29,168 nucleotides of DNA from Candidatus Bathyarchaeia archaeon (GCA_050010515.1 JBEKKX010000031.1:1-29168), one strand, 5' to 3'; positions 1 to 8,170 are shown, numbered from the stretch's first letter. Numbers and translations: made by a program. Notes: generated from the sequence alone by a model not told the origin.

Positions 1-242
1 CTGGTTTCGCCCTCTCTTGGCGGCATCTCCTCTGTTCCTATCACGATTTTGCTTACTTTCAGGTCTTTTAGGAAGCGATTTCTCGTTATTTCAGCTGCGT
101 CAACAGCTGTAGTTATTGCTTGCCCTCTGGCCTTCAAGGTTATATCTTTAGCATCGCTCGCCGACATGCCTGTAATAATCGCTAGAACATAATCCATTGG
201 CATTTTCTTTCCAACGAAAACAATTTTTGATTTTTCCGATAT
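1..242 (-). CDS. albA: DNA/RNA-binding protein Alba (partial, runs off the left edge; apparent ATA start)
   Basis: Not in the ORF track. Manual translation gives (I/M)SEKSKIVFVGKKMPMDYVLAIITGMSASDAKDITLKARGQAITTAVDAAEITRNRFLKDLKVSKIVIGTEEMPPREGET, with the Alba motifs VFVGKK, LKARG-AI--AVD and IGTE. SD-like GGTGATG at 253-247. Confidence 0.92.
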   Translation of the reverse strand, partial: MSEKSKIVFVGKKMPMDYVLAIITGMSASDAKDITLKARGQAITTAVDAAEITRNRFLKDLKVSKIVIGTEEMPPREGET

Positions 243-400
243 CTTTCATCACCATTTAATCATAACGTTACTGCCCTATACTACACAAACTTCCCTATAA
301 ATCGATTAAACAGAGCAGCCTGAGGATGTTTCAGTGTGGCTCCCTTAATCCTAGATTCTGGTTTTAGACACGACACGCGCATTGGGTATACCTGATCTCT

Positions 401-1650
401 TCAGAGTAATGATTCGTAGATTTTTAGTGTCTCGTCAGCAACTTTGCGCCATGTGAAGTATTCTAGTACTCTTTTGCGTCCGTTCTTACCCCAGTTTCTG
501 GCTTTTTCGGGGTTTCGCAGGGTCTCTTTTATTCCCCAAGCTATGTCGAGGGGATCTGCGCCGTTAACATGCACCCCGTTCTGGTCTGATCCAGAGCTCA
601 GTACTTGTTCTCTGAAACCCACCACGCCGCGTGCACCTACCACGACTGGCTTTTCCATTGCCATTGCCTCCAGACTAACTATGCCAAAGGGTTCATAAAC
701 GGATGGGAATATGCATACGTCGGAAGCGGCGTAATGCATGATTCTCTCTGGTTCCGGAACAAAATCAAAGCGATACGTAATGTTATTCTTAATGTTTAAC
801 CTGTCCGCTGATTCAACTATGTCCCGTTGTTCTTCTCCTTTGCCCAGAATTACGAGTTTAGTGTTAGGGTATTCCTTCAAGACAGAGGGCATTGCTAGCA
901 AAAGGTTTCTAGCGCCCTTTACCCAAGATAGCTTTCCCACGAACAGAAGCATATTCCAGTCCTTGGGAACGCCATATTTTTCGCGAATCGCGGCTACGTC
1001 CTCCGGTTTACATTTTGCCATGTTGTAACGTTCGGGGTCCACGCCATTCCAAACCGTACTTATTTTTGATGGCGCCCAACCGTGCCTTATTAGATCTTGT
1101 TGCATGGCGTAGCTAACGGTGATTATTCTGTCTGAGTTTTGGGCCATGGCGTCTTCAAAATGCGACACTACTTCTGATCCTTGGCCCTCGCTTCTTCCCC
1201 ATTCAGTGCTGTGTGTATGGAAGACCACTGGGATTTTTGTTTCATTCTTTATTATAAGACCGGAAATACTGCTCAGCCAATCGTGCACGCAAACAACGTC
1301 AAAATGGTATTTCTCCTTTTTTTATCAGGCCGTTGATGAATTTAGTCGCGCTGAGAATATTGTAAATAAAAATGTCATTGAAGAATTTTATGTTAGTGCC
1401 CCATTTCTTTAAATCGTCAACCACAAAAAATGGAAAAAACGTTGCTCGCATCAGCAATCAGGGGTCGATGAACCTCCACACCTCTTAGAATTTCCCTGGT
1501 TTTCAAATTGCCGCCATTTAGCGTGAAGACTGAAACGTCATGCCCTAAGTCGATATATTCCTGCGTTACGTATTCAGCATACGTGCCTAGACCACCGACA
1601 ATTGCTGGCGGATACTCATAGACAAAGAAGCCGATCCTCAAAATGTTCAC
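401..1650 (-). pseudogene. GT4 (glycogen-synthase-like) glycosyltransferase interrupted by two +1 homopolymer frameshifts; may be intact if these are sequencing errors
   Basis: The N-terminus (1417..1650, EYPPAIVGGLGTY) and C-terminus (401..1288, HDW...HSTE...EPFGIVSLEAMA) join into one frame via ...NVFPFFVVDDLKKWGTNIKFFNDIFIYNILSATKFINGLIKKEKYHFDVVCVHDW... if one base is removed from the A6 run at 1434-1439 and one from the T7 run at 1317-1323. Confidence 0.85.
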
Positions 1651-1713
1651 CCGAGTTATAGCTCCAAACTAGTTTCGAATTGTACTTATATGTTCCACAA
1701 GTACTTAAATGAA

Positions 1714-2217
1714 CTATAAATTTAATAATAGCTTCCTTGTTAATGAAGCAACTTTCTTATCTGTAACCGGAAGTCCTGTTTTCTTTGCGACCATTTCTAA
1801 GAATTCTCTTACGATGGTTTGGGCAGCTTTTCCTATTTCTTCTGGAGCAGTCATTTCTCTGGTAAAAATACCTTTGCAGTTTATGGCTGCAAGCGGATTT
1901 AAGTCGAGAAAAATCCTATTTGTTTTATAATCATAGTCTGTGATAATAAATGGTTCCAAAATGCATATTGCTGGTTTGACATCGTGAATCTTACAGGTGT
2001 TTTCTTCGGTTAAGAAGAAACAGCTTCCGTCTTTCTTTCTGCGAATGTTCCTGTTATGAGGATTATTAGGGTCTTCCAAAAAATTCACGAATTCTTTAGC
2101 TTCTATCCTTTGTTGTTCTTTCAAATTGATATCTGGTGGCTCGTCTCTGCAGCAAACTCCACAATTCTTACATTGAAAGCCTACTGAATCCGGAAATATG
2201 ACATTTTCATATTGCAT
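1714..2217 (-). CDS. YkgJ family cysteine-cluster (putative zinc/iron-chelating) protein
   Basis: FQCKNCGVCC...GSCFFL...CKIHDVKPAICILEPF pattern typical of the CxxCxxCC/YkgJ family. Confidence 0.85.
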   Translation of the reverse strand: MQYENVIFPDSVGFQCKNCGVCCRDEPPDINLKEQQRIEAKEFVNFLEDPNNPHNRNIRRKKDGSCFFLTEENTCKIHDVKPAICILEPFIITDYDYKTNRIFLDLNPLAAINCKGIFTREMTAPEEIGKAAQTIVREFLEMVAKKTGLPVTDKKVASLTRKLLLNL

Positions 2218-2302
2218 GGTAACCCATACCTTTTAACAGCTAAATGGACAAGAGTGCAGTTAAGCTTTTCAATTCGCCTTCAATGTTTAATAGTGAAACC
2301 AC

Positions 2303-2572
2303 ATGGGAAAAATTCATGCGAAAATCAAGAAGTTTGCCGACGGCTGGGCAAAAAGCTCTTTTCGCATGCTGGCTTGTCGACCCTATAGAAGCGTGGAAAG
2401 ATTGAAAAAGAAAAGAGTAACTTTAGAACAGTTAGAACAGTTAGCTTTAGAGCGTCCATGGAATACTGAAGAGGAAAAGAAGGACTTATTATCTTTAATT
2501 GTTGAGTATAATGATGTGGTGGATAAGGCTGTTCTTAAGTTTCTTGAGTGTAAAAATTGTTGGGTAGAGTGA
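2303..2572 (+). CDS. hypothetical protein (89 aa, C-terminal CxxC)
   Basis: ATG ORF following AT-rich TTTAATA (~2286). First of three closely spaced co-oriented ORFs; ends in CKNC. Confidence 0.5.
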   Translation: MGKIHAKIKKFADGWAKSSFRMLACRPYRSVERLKKKRVTLEQLEQLALERPWNTEEEKKDLLSLIVEYNDVVDKAVLKFLECKNCWVE

Positions 2573-2573
2573 T

Positions 2574-2744
2574 ATGGAAAACTTTGAAAGATTAAGTTAT
2601 AAAGTTCTCATTAGAACCTGCCCCTGCGGTATCGTATTTGAAACGTATGATCCAAAAAAAGTGTACCATTCAAACAAGTGTGGGGCAAGTTACGTTAGGA
2701 AAAGATATGGACGAAGAAAGAGAAGTAAAGCAAGCGAAGCTTGA
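2574..2744 (+). CDS. small basic putative zinc-ribbon protein (56 aa)
   Basis: Below the ORF-track cutoff. MENFERLSYKVLIRTCPCGIVFETYDPKKVYHSNKCGASYVRKRYGRRKRSKASEA has CPCG...YHSNKC metal-ligand-like spacing and an Arg/Lys tail. One base separates it from the upstream stop. Confidence 0.55.
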   Translation: MENFERLSYKVLIRTCPCGIVFETYDPKKVYHSNKCGASYVRKRYGRRKRSKASEA

Positions 2745-2761
2745 AGAGGTTTTATACTTGA

Positions 2762-3118
2762 TTGCGGAGTTTGAGACTGGAGGGTAAAGTGAAAGTGGTT
2801 TGTTGTGAATACGCTAAAGTCGAGACTGGTTTAGGGGAATTTGAATTAAGTATTCGTGAGTGTGGAGGTCAAACTTGTCCTCAATCTATTTTTTCTAATC
2901 CTTCAATTTATGAAAAATGTCCACAGCGGTTGAAGTACCAAAAAGACGGGTCTGTGAATCAAAGTGAACCGAAAAAGGTATTTGTTCGCGTTCACTCAAA
3001 ACAAGAGTCTGTACCTAAATTCACTGGTATTGCCTGTAACGGCTGTCAATACAAGGCTGGTTCTTACTGTTGGGGTCAATGTACATTTAACATTTGGAAG
3101 AGAAAACCTGATTGGTAA
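2762..3118 (+). CDS. Cys-rich hypothetical protein
   Basis: TTG start with GAGG upstream (~2745). Multiple Cys pairs: CC, CGGQTC, CNGC, CWGQC. Confidence 0.5.
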   Translation: MRSLRLEGKVKVVCCEYAKVETGLGEFELSIRECGGQTCPQSIFSNPSIYEKCPQRLKYQKDGSVNQSEPKKVFVRVHSKQESVPKFTGIACNGCQYKAGSYCWGQCTFNIWKRKPDW

Positions 3119-3194
3119 AGACAAAATGTTTGAGGCTTAAAGGATGGGTTTCGGAGCAAAGTGTCATTAGTGTTGTGCGTTTACAAGGGCTTGA

Positions 3195-3416
3195 GTGACT
3201 CATGTGAAGAGAGAGGAAGCGGTAGCACTACTAAAAGAATTAGGCACGGAGCATTTAGTTCAACCATCTTTAGTTCTTATTGAAAAGCGAAAACCCGACA
3301 GATACCAATTGCAGATTAGAGGCGATTATAACCGTCAACTAATTGGAATATTTCTAAAGAAAAGACACTTCTCATTCGAAATGAGCAACGATTATTTAAT
3401 TGTTTTCAAGCCATAG
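3195..3416 (+). CDS. hypothetical protein (73 aa)
   Basis: GTG ORF with protein-like composition (KREEAVALLKEL...), directly upstream of the LSm gene. Confidence 0.6.
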   Translation: MTHVKREEAVALLKELGTEHLVQPSLVLIEKRKPDRYQLQIRGDYNRQLIGIFLKKRHFSFEMSNDYLIVFKP

Positions 3417-3466
3417 AAGGTAATGGTTTCTTGGATATTGCAAGAAATGGACTAGGACACAGTAAT

Positions 3467-3709
3467 ATGATGGAACCAAGTAAAAAACCGTTGAACGTTC
3501 TCATAAAACAGTTGCACGGAAATATTGAAGTTGTTCTCAAAAATGGCTATGAATATAAGGGAAAAATGATAAAATGCGATGGGTACATGAACATTCTTCT
3601 TGAAGGCGCAAACGAATGCAAAGAAGAACAGTTGATGGCAAATTACGGCAATGTGCTGCTCCGCGGAAACAACATTCTCTACATTGTGCTAGATGCTAAT
3701 ATGCATTAA
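3467..3709 (+). CDS. Sm-like (LSm/SmAP) RNA-binding protein
   Basis: Sm1 motif (IEVVLKNGYEYKGKMIKCDGYMNILL) and Sm2 motif (YGNVLLRGNNILYI), preceded by KPLNVL. ATG at 3467/3470 is preferred over the TTG at 3431. Confidence 0.93.
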   Translation: MMEPSKKPLNVLIKQLHGNIEVVLKNGYEYKGKMIKCDGYMNILLEGANECKEEQLMANYGNVLLRGNNILYIVLDANMH

Positions 3710-4074
3710 ATAGCCAAGGCTTCAGTTAAATGGCGAAACAAACATCAACGTAATGCTTGGAATCAACGAACTAAGGCGGTCTCAATAAGCCTTTTTGCAA
3801 AGTTGTATGCTTCTTTTTGCAAAATCACATGTGAACTTGTTCTCGTGATTGTGACGCTCAGCACTCTTGAAAGCGCTATTTCCTTTAAGATTGAAAAAGG
3901 ATTTTGCTGATGTGGGAATATTCCCGATTTCGAGCGTCAATTCCCCCCACTTCAATAACGTTTAATTTCAAAACAGGTTTTGGTGAGAAAGCAAGATGAG
4001 CGATGGACAAATCGAAGACGCGGGAGGCAAAACGGATAAGGGCGCAGGACAATTTGATAGCACAGGAGGGGAAA

Positions 4075-4156
4075 TCAAAATAAAAAACAAAACAAAAAAC
4101 AAACCGAAAAACGAAACAAAAAAACAAACAAACCAAACGAAAAACAAAACAAAAAA
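4075..4156. repeat. A-rich low-complexity tract built of degenerate A(3-7)C units
   Basis: Directly visible: ...aaaataaaaaacaaaacaaaaaacaaaccgaaaaacgaaacaaaaaaacaaacaaaccaaacgaaaaacaaaacaaaaaa... Confidence 0.85.
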
Positions 4157-4233
4157 GGAATGGAAGCAGAGGTGAAAAAATTAGCATATAACGGCTTCAC
4201 CTCGATGGGGCTCAATTTTCACTGCAGACAAAG

Positions 4234-4466
4234 GGCTTAATCGCCAATGTCCCAATGCATTGTTGGGCTGTCCTATGGATAACAGGGAAAAGTGATTACT
4301 ATAATAGTATACGGTTTACCTGGGTTCTCATAGAACAGGGGTCTCTGCGATAAGGTTGGATTAAGCCTTAGCACAGTAAGAGATTAAGCGGCTAAGCGAT
4401 TAAGGGGTAGGGCGACTTTGACCCATGGGAGCCAAAGCAGAATTGCGAACACTGTGTGCCTTTTTT
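4234..4466. ncRNA. candidate structured non-coding element (unassigned)
   Basis: At least six local hairpins, long-range pairings (4236-4244 with 4396-4404; 4371-4377 with 4451-4457) and a terminal T6 at 4461-4466. No long ORF. Confidence 0.3.
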
Positions 4467-4619
4467 GGCTATGCCTTCTGTATAGTCCTTTATGTGTTTA
4501 TTTTTAGGTGTAGTATCTTTTCATATAAGTATTACGGTAATCAGATTACATGAACCTTTTTCAGTTTTTTTCTTGACTCAATCCACTTGCCAATATCCAA
4601 TTTGGAAAGAAATAGGCGT

Positions 4620-5573
4620 TTATGGTTTAACAAGTAAACCCATGCTGATGGGTGACAAAGTTTTTTTTGCATTCACCATTTGCTTTAGTAGGTTTTCATT
4701 TCCAAAATAGTGTTTACCATCACGTTCTATGGCTTTTGCATTTTCTAGTCTTCGCAAATTTAACCTCAGGCTAAGAGTTGATATGCGTTTATTGTAATAT
4801 TCTCTGTAGTCTTTTCCGATAGATTCCACAGTTCGGTATATTGAATTTTCTTCTTCTATTTCTGGGAGATATATGCAATTATCCACATGGATTGTCGGTT
4901 CAAGAATTGTCAGTTTAAAAACATCTCTGAGCGTTGGATATCTTTCTTTAATAATATATGACAATAGCACATTCCTCAATTCTTCTTCAGTGTAATCTGG
5001 ACGTTTATCTCTGATTGAAACAAAAGCGTTTCCAGCGATATATCCATCCTCATTTCTCCGTATAATTTCCAATCCCTCAAGAAGCGTTATATATTGCTGT
5101 ATCTTTTGTAATCGTTCTGGGCTTCTACATGAGCCAATTTCTTTATCGGAAACTCTGCCATAATCGCAAATTGATACAAGAAGGGCTTCTATAGGGTCAA
5201 AGTAATGTCTAAACCTAGAAACATTAACTAATGCTTCTGCTGAACATGAAACAATAATTTCTTCTGCTCTCTTTAACCATAAATTGAAAAACAACTTCAG
5301 ATTTTCGATGCACGCATCTCTTGAAGTCGTTTTTTCTGGCATAACTTTTAGGTCTTTATCAATGTAAATAGAGCCTAAACGGTCTACCTTAAGAATATGA
5401 AGCTTTGTTTCTTGCATTTTATCATCTTGAACCATTATGGGGTAATCTGACCTTAAATTTGCCACGTATACCTGCTTAGTTGCATCAAACATTGGAGTGT
5501 CAACTAGAATTAAGTCCCCATAATGCCCAAACAGAAACCTTTGTGCAGTCTGTTCAGCAGTCACATTACTCAT
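4620..5573 (-). CDS. hypothetical protein (317 aa) with two putative winged-helix segments
   Basis: Long ORF whose start overlaps the stop of the upstream peptidase by 8 bp. QYITLLEGLEIIRRNEDGY and LNLRRLENAKAIERDGKHY resemble wHTH recognition-helix plus wing segments. Confidence 0.8.
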   Translation of the reverse strand: MSNVTAEQTAQRFLFGHYGDLILVDTPMFDATKQVYVANLRSDYPIMVQDDKMQETKLHILKVDRLGSIYIDKDLKVMPEKTTSRDACIENLKLFFNLWLKRAEEIIVSCSAEALVNVSRFRHYFDPIEALLVSICDYGRVSDKEIGSCRSPERLQKIQQYITLLEGLEIIRRNEDGYIAGNAFVSIRDKRPDYTEEELRNVLLSYIIKERYPTLRDVFKLTILEPTIHVDNCIYLPEIEEENSIYRTVESIGKDYREYYNKRISTLSLRLNLRRLENAKAIERDGKHYFGNENLLKQMVNAKKTLSPISMGLLVKP

Positions 5574-6114
5574 GGATTAATTCCCCATTGATTTGATGCG
5601 CATTCTGATACTCGTATAGGCTACTCTGTTTTTCCTTGCTTATTAATAGTTTTACCATTTTAGCTTCAGTACCCCATTTACTAATAAAAACCCCTACTTC
5701 CTCGGTTTTTCTTTTGCAATCCCATGGGTCATTAAAAATAACAAAATGTGATTCATCAAACCCACGAACAACAATTGCGTGCCACAACTTGTCTGGCGGT
5801 TTCTGTGAGTTTACCCAAGTGATTACAGGTCTTTCTTCATCTAGCTCTTTTTGTATTTCGGGGAAACGGCGCATATACTCAGCTTTAAAATAAATACACA
5901 GTTTAGCTTCAAAATATTTGTTAATGTTTTCTACATCCTCTGGAGCTGTCCCATCCCATTGAGTATTCACGATTCTGGCTATTTGACTTATAGATAACTT
6001 AGGAATAGCATCTCCATATTTCTGACGCAAAAACTCTAGTAACATCTTTAGACAAGTTGGAACACAATAGTTTCTCGTTGGCTGTCCCCATAAAGGAACA
6101 TTCAGTTCTGTCAT
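5566..6114 (-). CDS. peptidase C39-like (papain-fold) cysteine protease
   Basis: LNVPLWGQ...YCVPTCLKMLL (oxyanion Gln plus catalytic Cys), WHAIVVRGFD (His) and FNDPW (Asp). Confidence 0.85.
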   Translation of the reverse strand: MTELNVPLWGQPTRNYCVPTCLKMLLEFLRQKYGDAIPKLSISQIARIVNTQWDGTAPEDVENINKYFEAKLCIYFKAEYMRRFPEIQKELDEERPVITWVNSQKPPDKLWHAIVVRGFDESHFVIFNDPWDCKRKTEEVGVFISKWGTEAKMVKLLISKEKQSSLYEYQNAHQINGELIHE

Positions 6115-6165
6115 ACATTCTCAAGTCGTGGCTTAGTAAACAAAGATAGCCTTTTGGCTCGTTTC

Positions 6166-6178
6166 TAATATAAGCTTT
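6166..6178 (-). promoter_or_regulatory. BRE/TATA promoter of the peptidase cassette
   Basis: Minus strand reads AAAGCTTATATTA about 50 bp upstream of the peptidase ATG. Confidence 0.5.
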
Positions 6179-6279
6179 AGGCATTTTTAGTTCATGCCCT
6201 TTGACTTAACAGTATCCGGTAATCAGGGTCACGTAACGCTTAAAGCGTACTTCACCTTTAAAAATTGAGGATGAAAATT

Positions 6280-6762
6280 ATGAGCAATGAAATGCCAGCC
6301 TTACTTGTATTTCTTGAACAAAAAGACATATCCCTAAAAAGCCTCATTCACTGTGCACTTGAAATGTTTGTGCCTCACCCAGGCGTAGAAACAGAGGAAA
6401 AAGCCGTTGAAATGCTCAGGGAAGAATTTCTCGATGTGTTAGCAGATGTTAATGTTTCCATCCTTGAAGTCGCTGCTTTCCATGCGCAAGAAGATGCAGA
6501 GAAGGGACTTATTCCCGGATTGACGCAAGAAAGGTTCAGAGGTAGACCAGGACCAGTCGCTGACGAAGTTTTAGGAATAGCAATTGCCAGCTACATCGGT
6601 GGAACCAGAGCAGTTTTCGAGTACGTGCGGTTTGACCAAGCTAAACCCGGGATTCTAAAAAAGCTAGGCTCAATCACAAACGACGCTATAGGCGCCTTGG
6701 TTGCAGGTGTATCATCAAACGTTTATACACGCGCCACAAAAAACGCAGAGGCGAAACAATAA
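6280..6762 (+). CDS. cobZ: alpha-ribazole-5'-phosphate phosphatase CobZ (PgpA-like fold)
   Basis: PHPGVET, DVNVS, GLIPGL, ADEVLGIAIASYIGG, FEYVRFDQAKPGIL and DAIGALVAG match archaeal CobZ. cobS/cobY/cobD are nearby. ATG 6280 follows GAGG; alternative starts are 6265 and 6271. Confidence 0.8.
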   Translation: MSNEMPALLVFLEQKDISLKSLIHCALEMFVPHPGVETEEKAVEMLREEFLDVLADVNVSILEVAAFHAQEDAEKGLIPGLTQERFRGRPGPVADEVLGIAIASYIGGTRAVFEYVRFDQAKPGILKKLGSITNDAIGALVAGVSSNVYTRATKNAEAKQ

Positions 6763-6982
6763 AACACTTTTTTATTGATTCTTACAAAAGTCCTAAGGCG
6801 GGTAGGGTATCAATTTTGCTAGTGAATTTCTCTAGCTAAATTGAGGTAGGTGGATAGGTATCCTGTTTGCTTGATAATCTAAGTACCAGAAAGCATACCC
6901 TAAGCCGTTTCTTAACCAGACTTTGTTTTACCATAAGGTTATAATACTATGTTGATTGAGGAGTTTAAGCAGTTGGGCTTCC

Positions 6983-8140
6983 ATGGTTCAAACAAGGCTG
7001 TGCATTGTTACACATACTTTTCTACCTCATATTGGCGGAATAGAAAGGGTTGTTTATGAGCAGAACAAGCGGCTGCTGCACAGAAATTTTGAGCCCACGG
7101 TGGTTACGAACCGTATTGATACACCAAAAAGTTATGTTGTTGACGGCATTAAGGTTGAGTGTTATGGATCGTTGAACACTGGTTTCCGTCTGGGAATACC
7201 CTACTCGATTCCGACAGTAACAAGTCTTGAAACTTTTCTTAAAGCTGTAAAATCAAGTGAAATAGTCCATGCTCATGGTCACCCGTACCTTACGTCGCTT
7301 ATTGCAGCTAAGCTTGCGAAGAGGTACTCTAAACCATTTGTGCTTACGCAGCACAATACCTTCATTGAATATGACAGTGTTTTTGATAGTATTGAACGGT
7401 TAAATGACTTGGCAGTTGGGAAAGAGACGCTAAAAGAAGCAGACAAAATAATCACTGTGAGCAATGCAACCAAGGATTACGTTTTAAGTTTAGGAGCAAA
7501 ACCCGAGAAGATTAAAGTGTTACATAACGGGGTTGACTTGGTTCATTTCAGGCCTTTGACTGGAAAACGAGAAGAAATGAGAAGAAAGCTTGGAATTTCC
7601 CAAAGCTCAATCGTGGTTTTAACCGTTAGAAGGCTTGTTTACAAAAACGGTATTGACACATTAATAGAGGGCGCAAACATAGCAATCAGAAAGAACCCAA
7701 AGATAACTTTTCTAGTGGTTGGAAAAGGACCAGACCTAAACAACGTTCAAATGAGAATACGACAGTTAGGGATAGAAAACAATTTTAGGCTTACAGGCTT
7801 TGTTAAAGATGAAGATTTACCGTTTTACTATAACGCGGCAGACTTCTTTGTGCTACCATCAAAATCAGGAGAAGGCTTGCCTTTGGTTGCGCTCGAAGCC
7901 ATGGCTTGCGGATTGCCAGTAATAGCCACAAACGTTGGAGGAATAAGTGAAATTCTAATGGAAGATTATGGAAAATTAGTGCCATCTAACCAGCCGGAGT
8001 CTCTTGCAAAAGCAATTTTGGAATTTTCTAATATTGATTTTTCTTCACGCAAATCAGAGCTTCGAGCAGTAATGGAAGAAAAGTATAGTTGGGATAAAAA
8101 CGTTGAAACACTCATCGGGATATACGAAGAGCTTATTTAA
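6983..8140 (+). CDS. glycosyltransferase family 4
   Basis: FLPHIGGIE at the N-terminus, HAHGH, and EGLPLVALEAMACGLPVIATNVGG (GT-B EX7E motif). Confidence 0.92.
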   Translation: MVQTRLCIVTHTFLPHIGGIERVVYEQNKRLLHRNFEPTVVTNRIDTPKSYVVDGIKVECYGSLNTGFRLGIPYSIPTVTSLETFLKAVKSSEIVHAHGHPYLTSLIAAKLAKRYSKPFVLTQHNTFIEYDSVFDSIERLNDLAVGKETLKEADKIITVSNATKDYVLSLGAKPEKIKVLHNGVDLVHFRPLTGKREEMRRKLGISQSSIVVLTVRRLVYKNGIDTLIEGANIAIRKNPKITFLVVGKGPDLNNVQMRIRQLGIENNFRLTGFVKDEDLPFYYNAADFFVLPSKSGEGLPLVALEAMACGLPVIATNVGGISEILMEDYGKLVPSNQPESLAKAILEFSNIDFSSRKSELRAVMEEKYSWDKNVETLIGIYEELI

Positions 8141-8170
8141 CCAAACTAATGAAACAATATAGCCTTTACA

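Noticed and set aside
311-400. Possible C/D box sRNA or hairpin upstream of Alba (TGAGGA ... CTGA)
   Set aside because: The C box is degenerate, C'/D' boxes are unclear, and I could identify no rRNA/tRNA guide complementarity.
3885-4187. 100-aa Phe/Cys/Val-rich minus-strand ORF
   Set aside because: A by-product of the T-rich strand of the low-complexity tract.
4201-4250. Resemblance to a fluoride riboswitch (CGATGGGGCTC...ACTGC...AAAGGGCTTAAT)
   Set aside because: The P1 stem and pseudoknot do not pair, and no crcB-type gene follows.
4274-4315. 15/18 match to the I-SceI site (LSU rRNA GGATAACAGG) followed by a weak I-CeuI-like TACTATAA
   Set aside because: No flanking rRNA similarity and no homing endonuclease in the window; treated as probable coincidence.
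4441-4490. Group I intron-like words (AATTGCG, TATAGTCC)
   Set aside because: The P/Q/R/S elements are incomplete, with wrong order and spacing, and there is no host gene.
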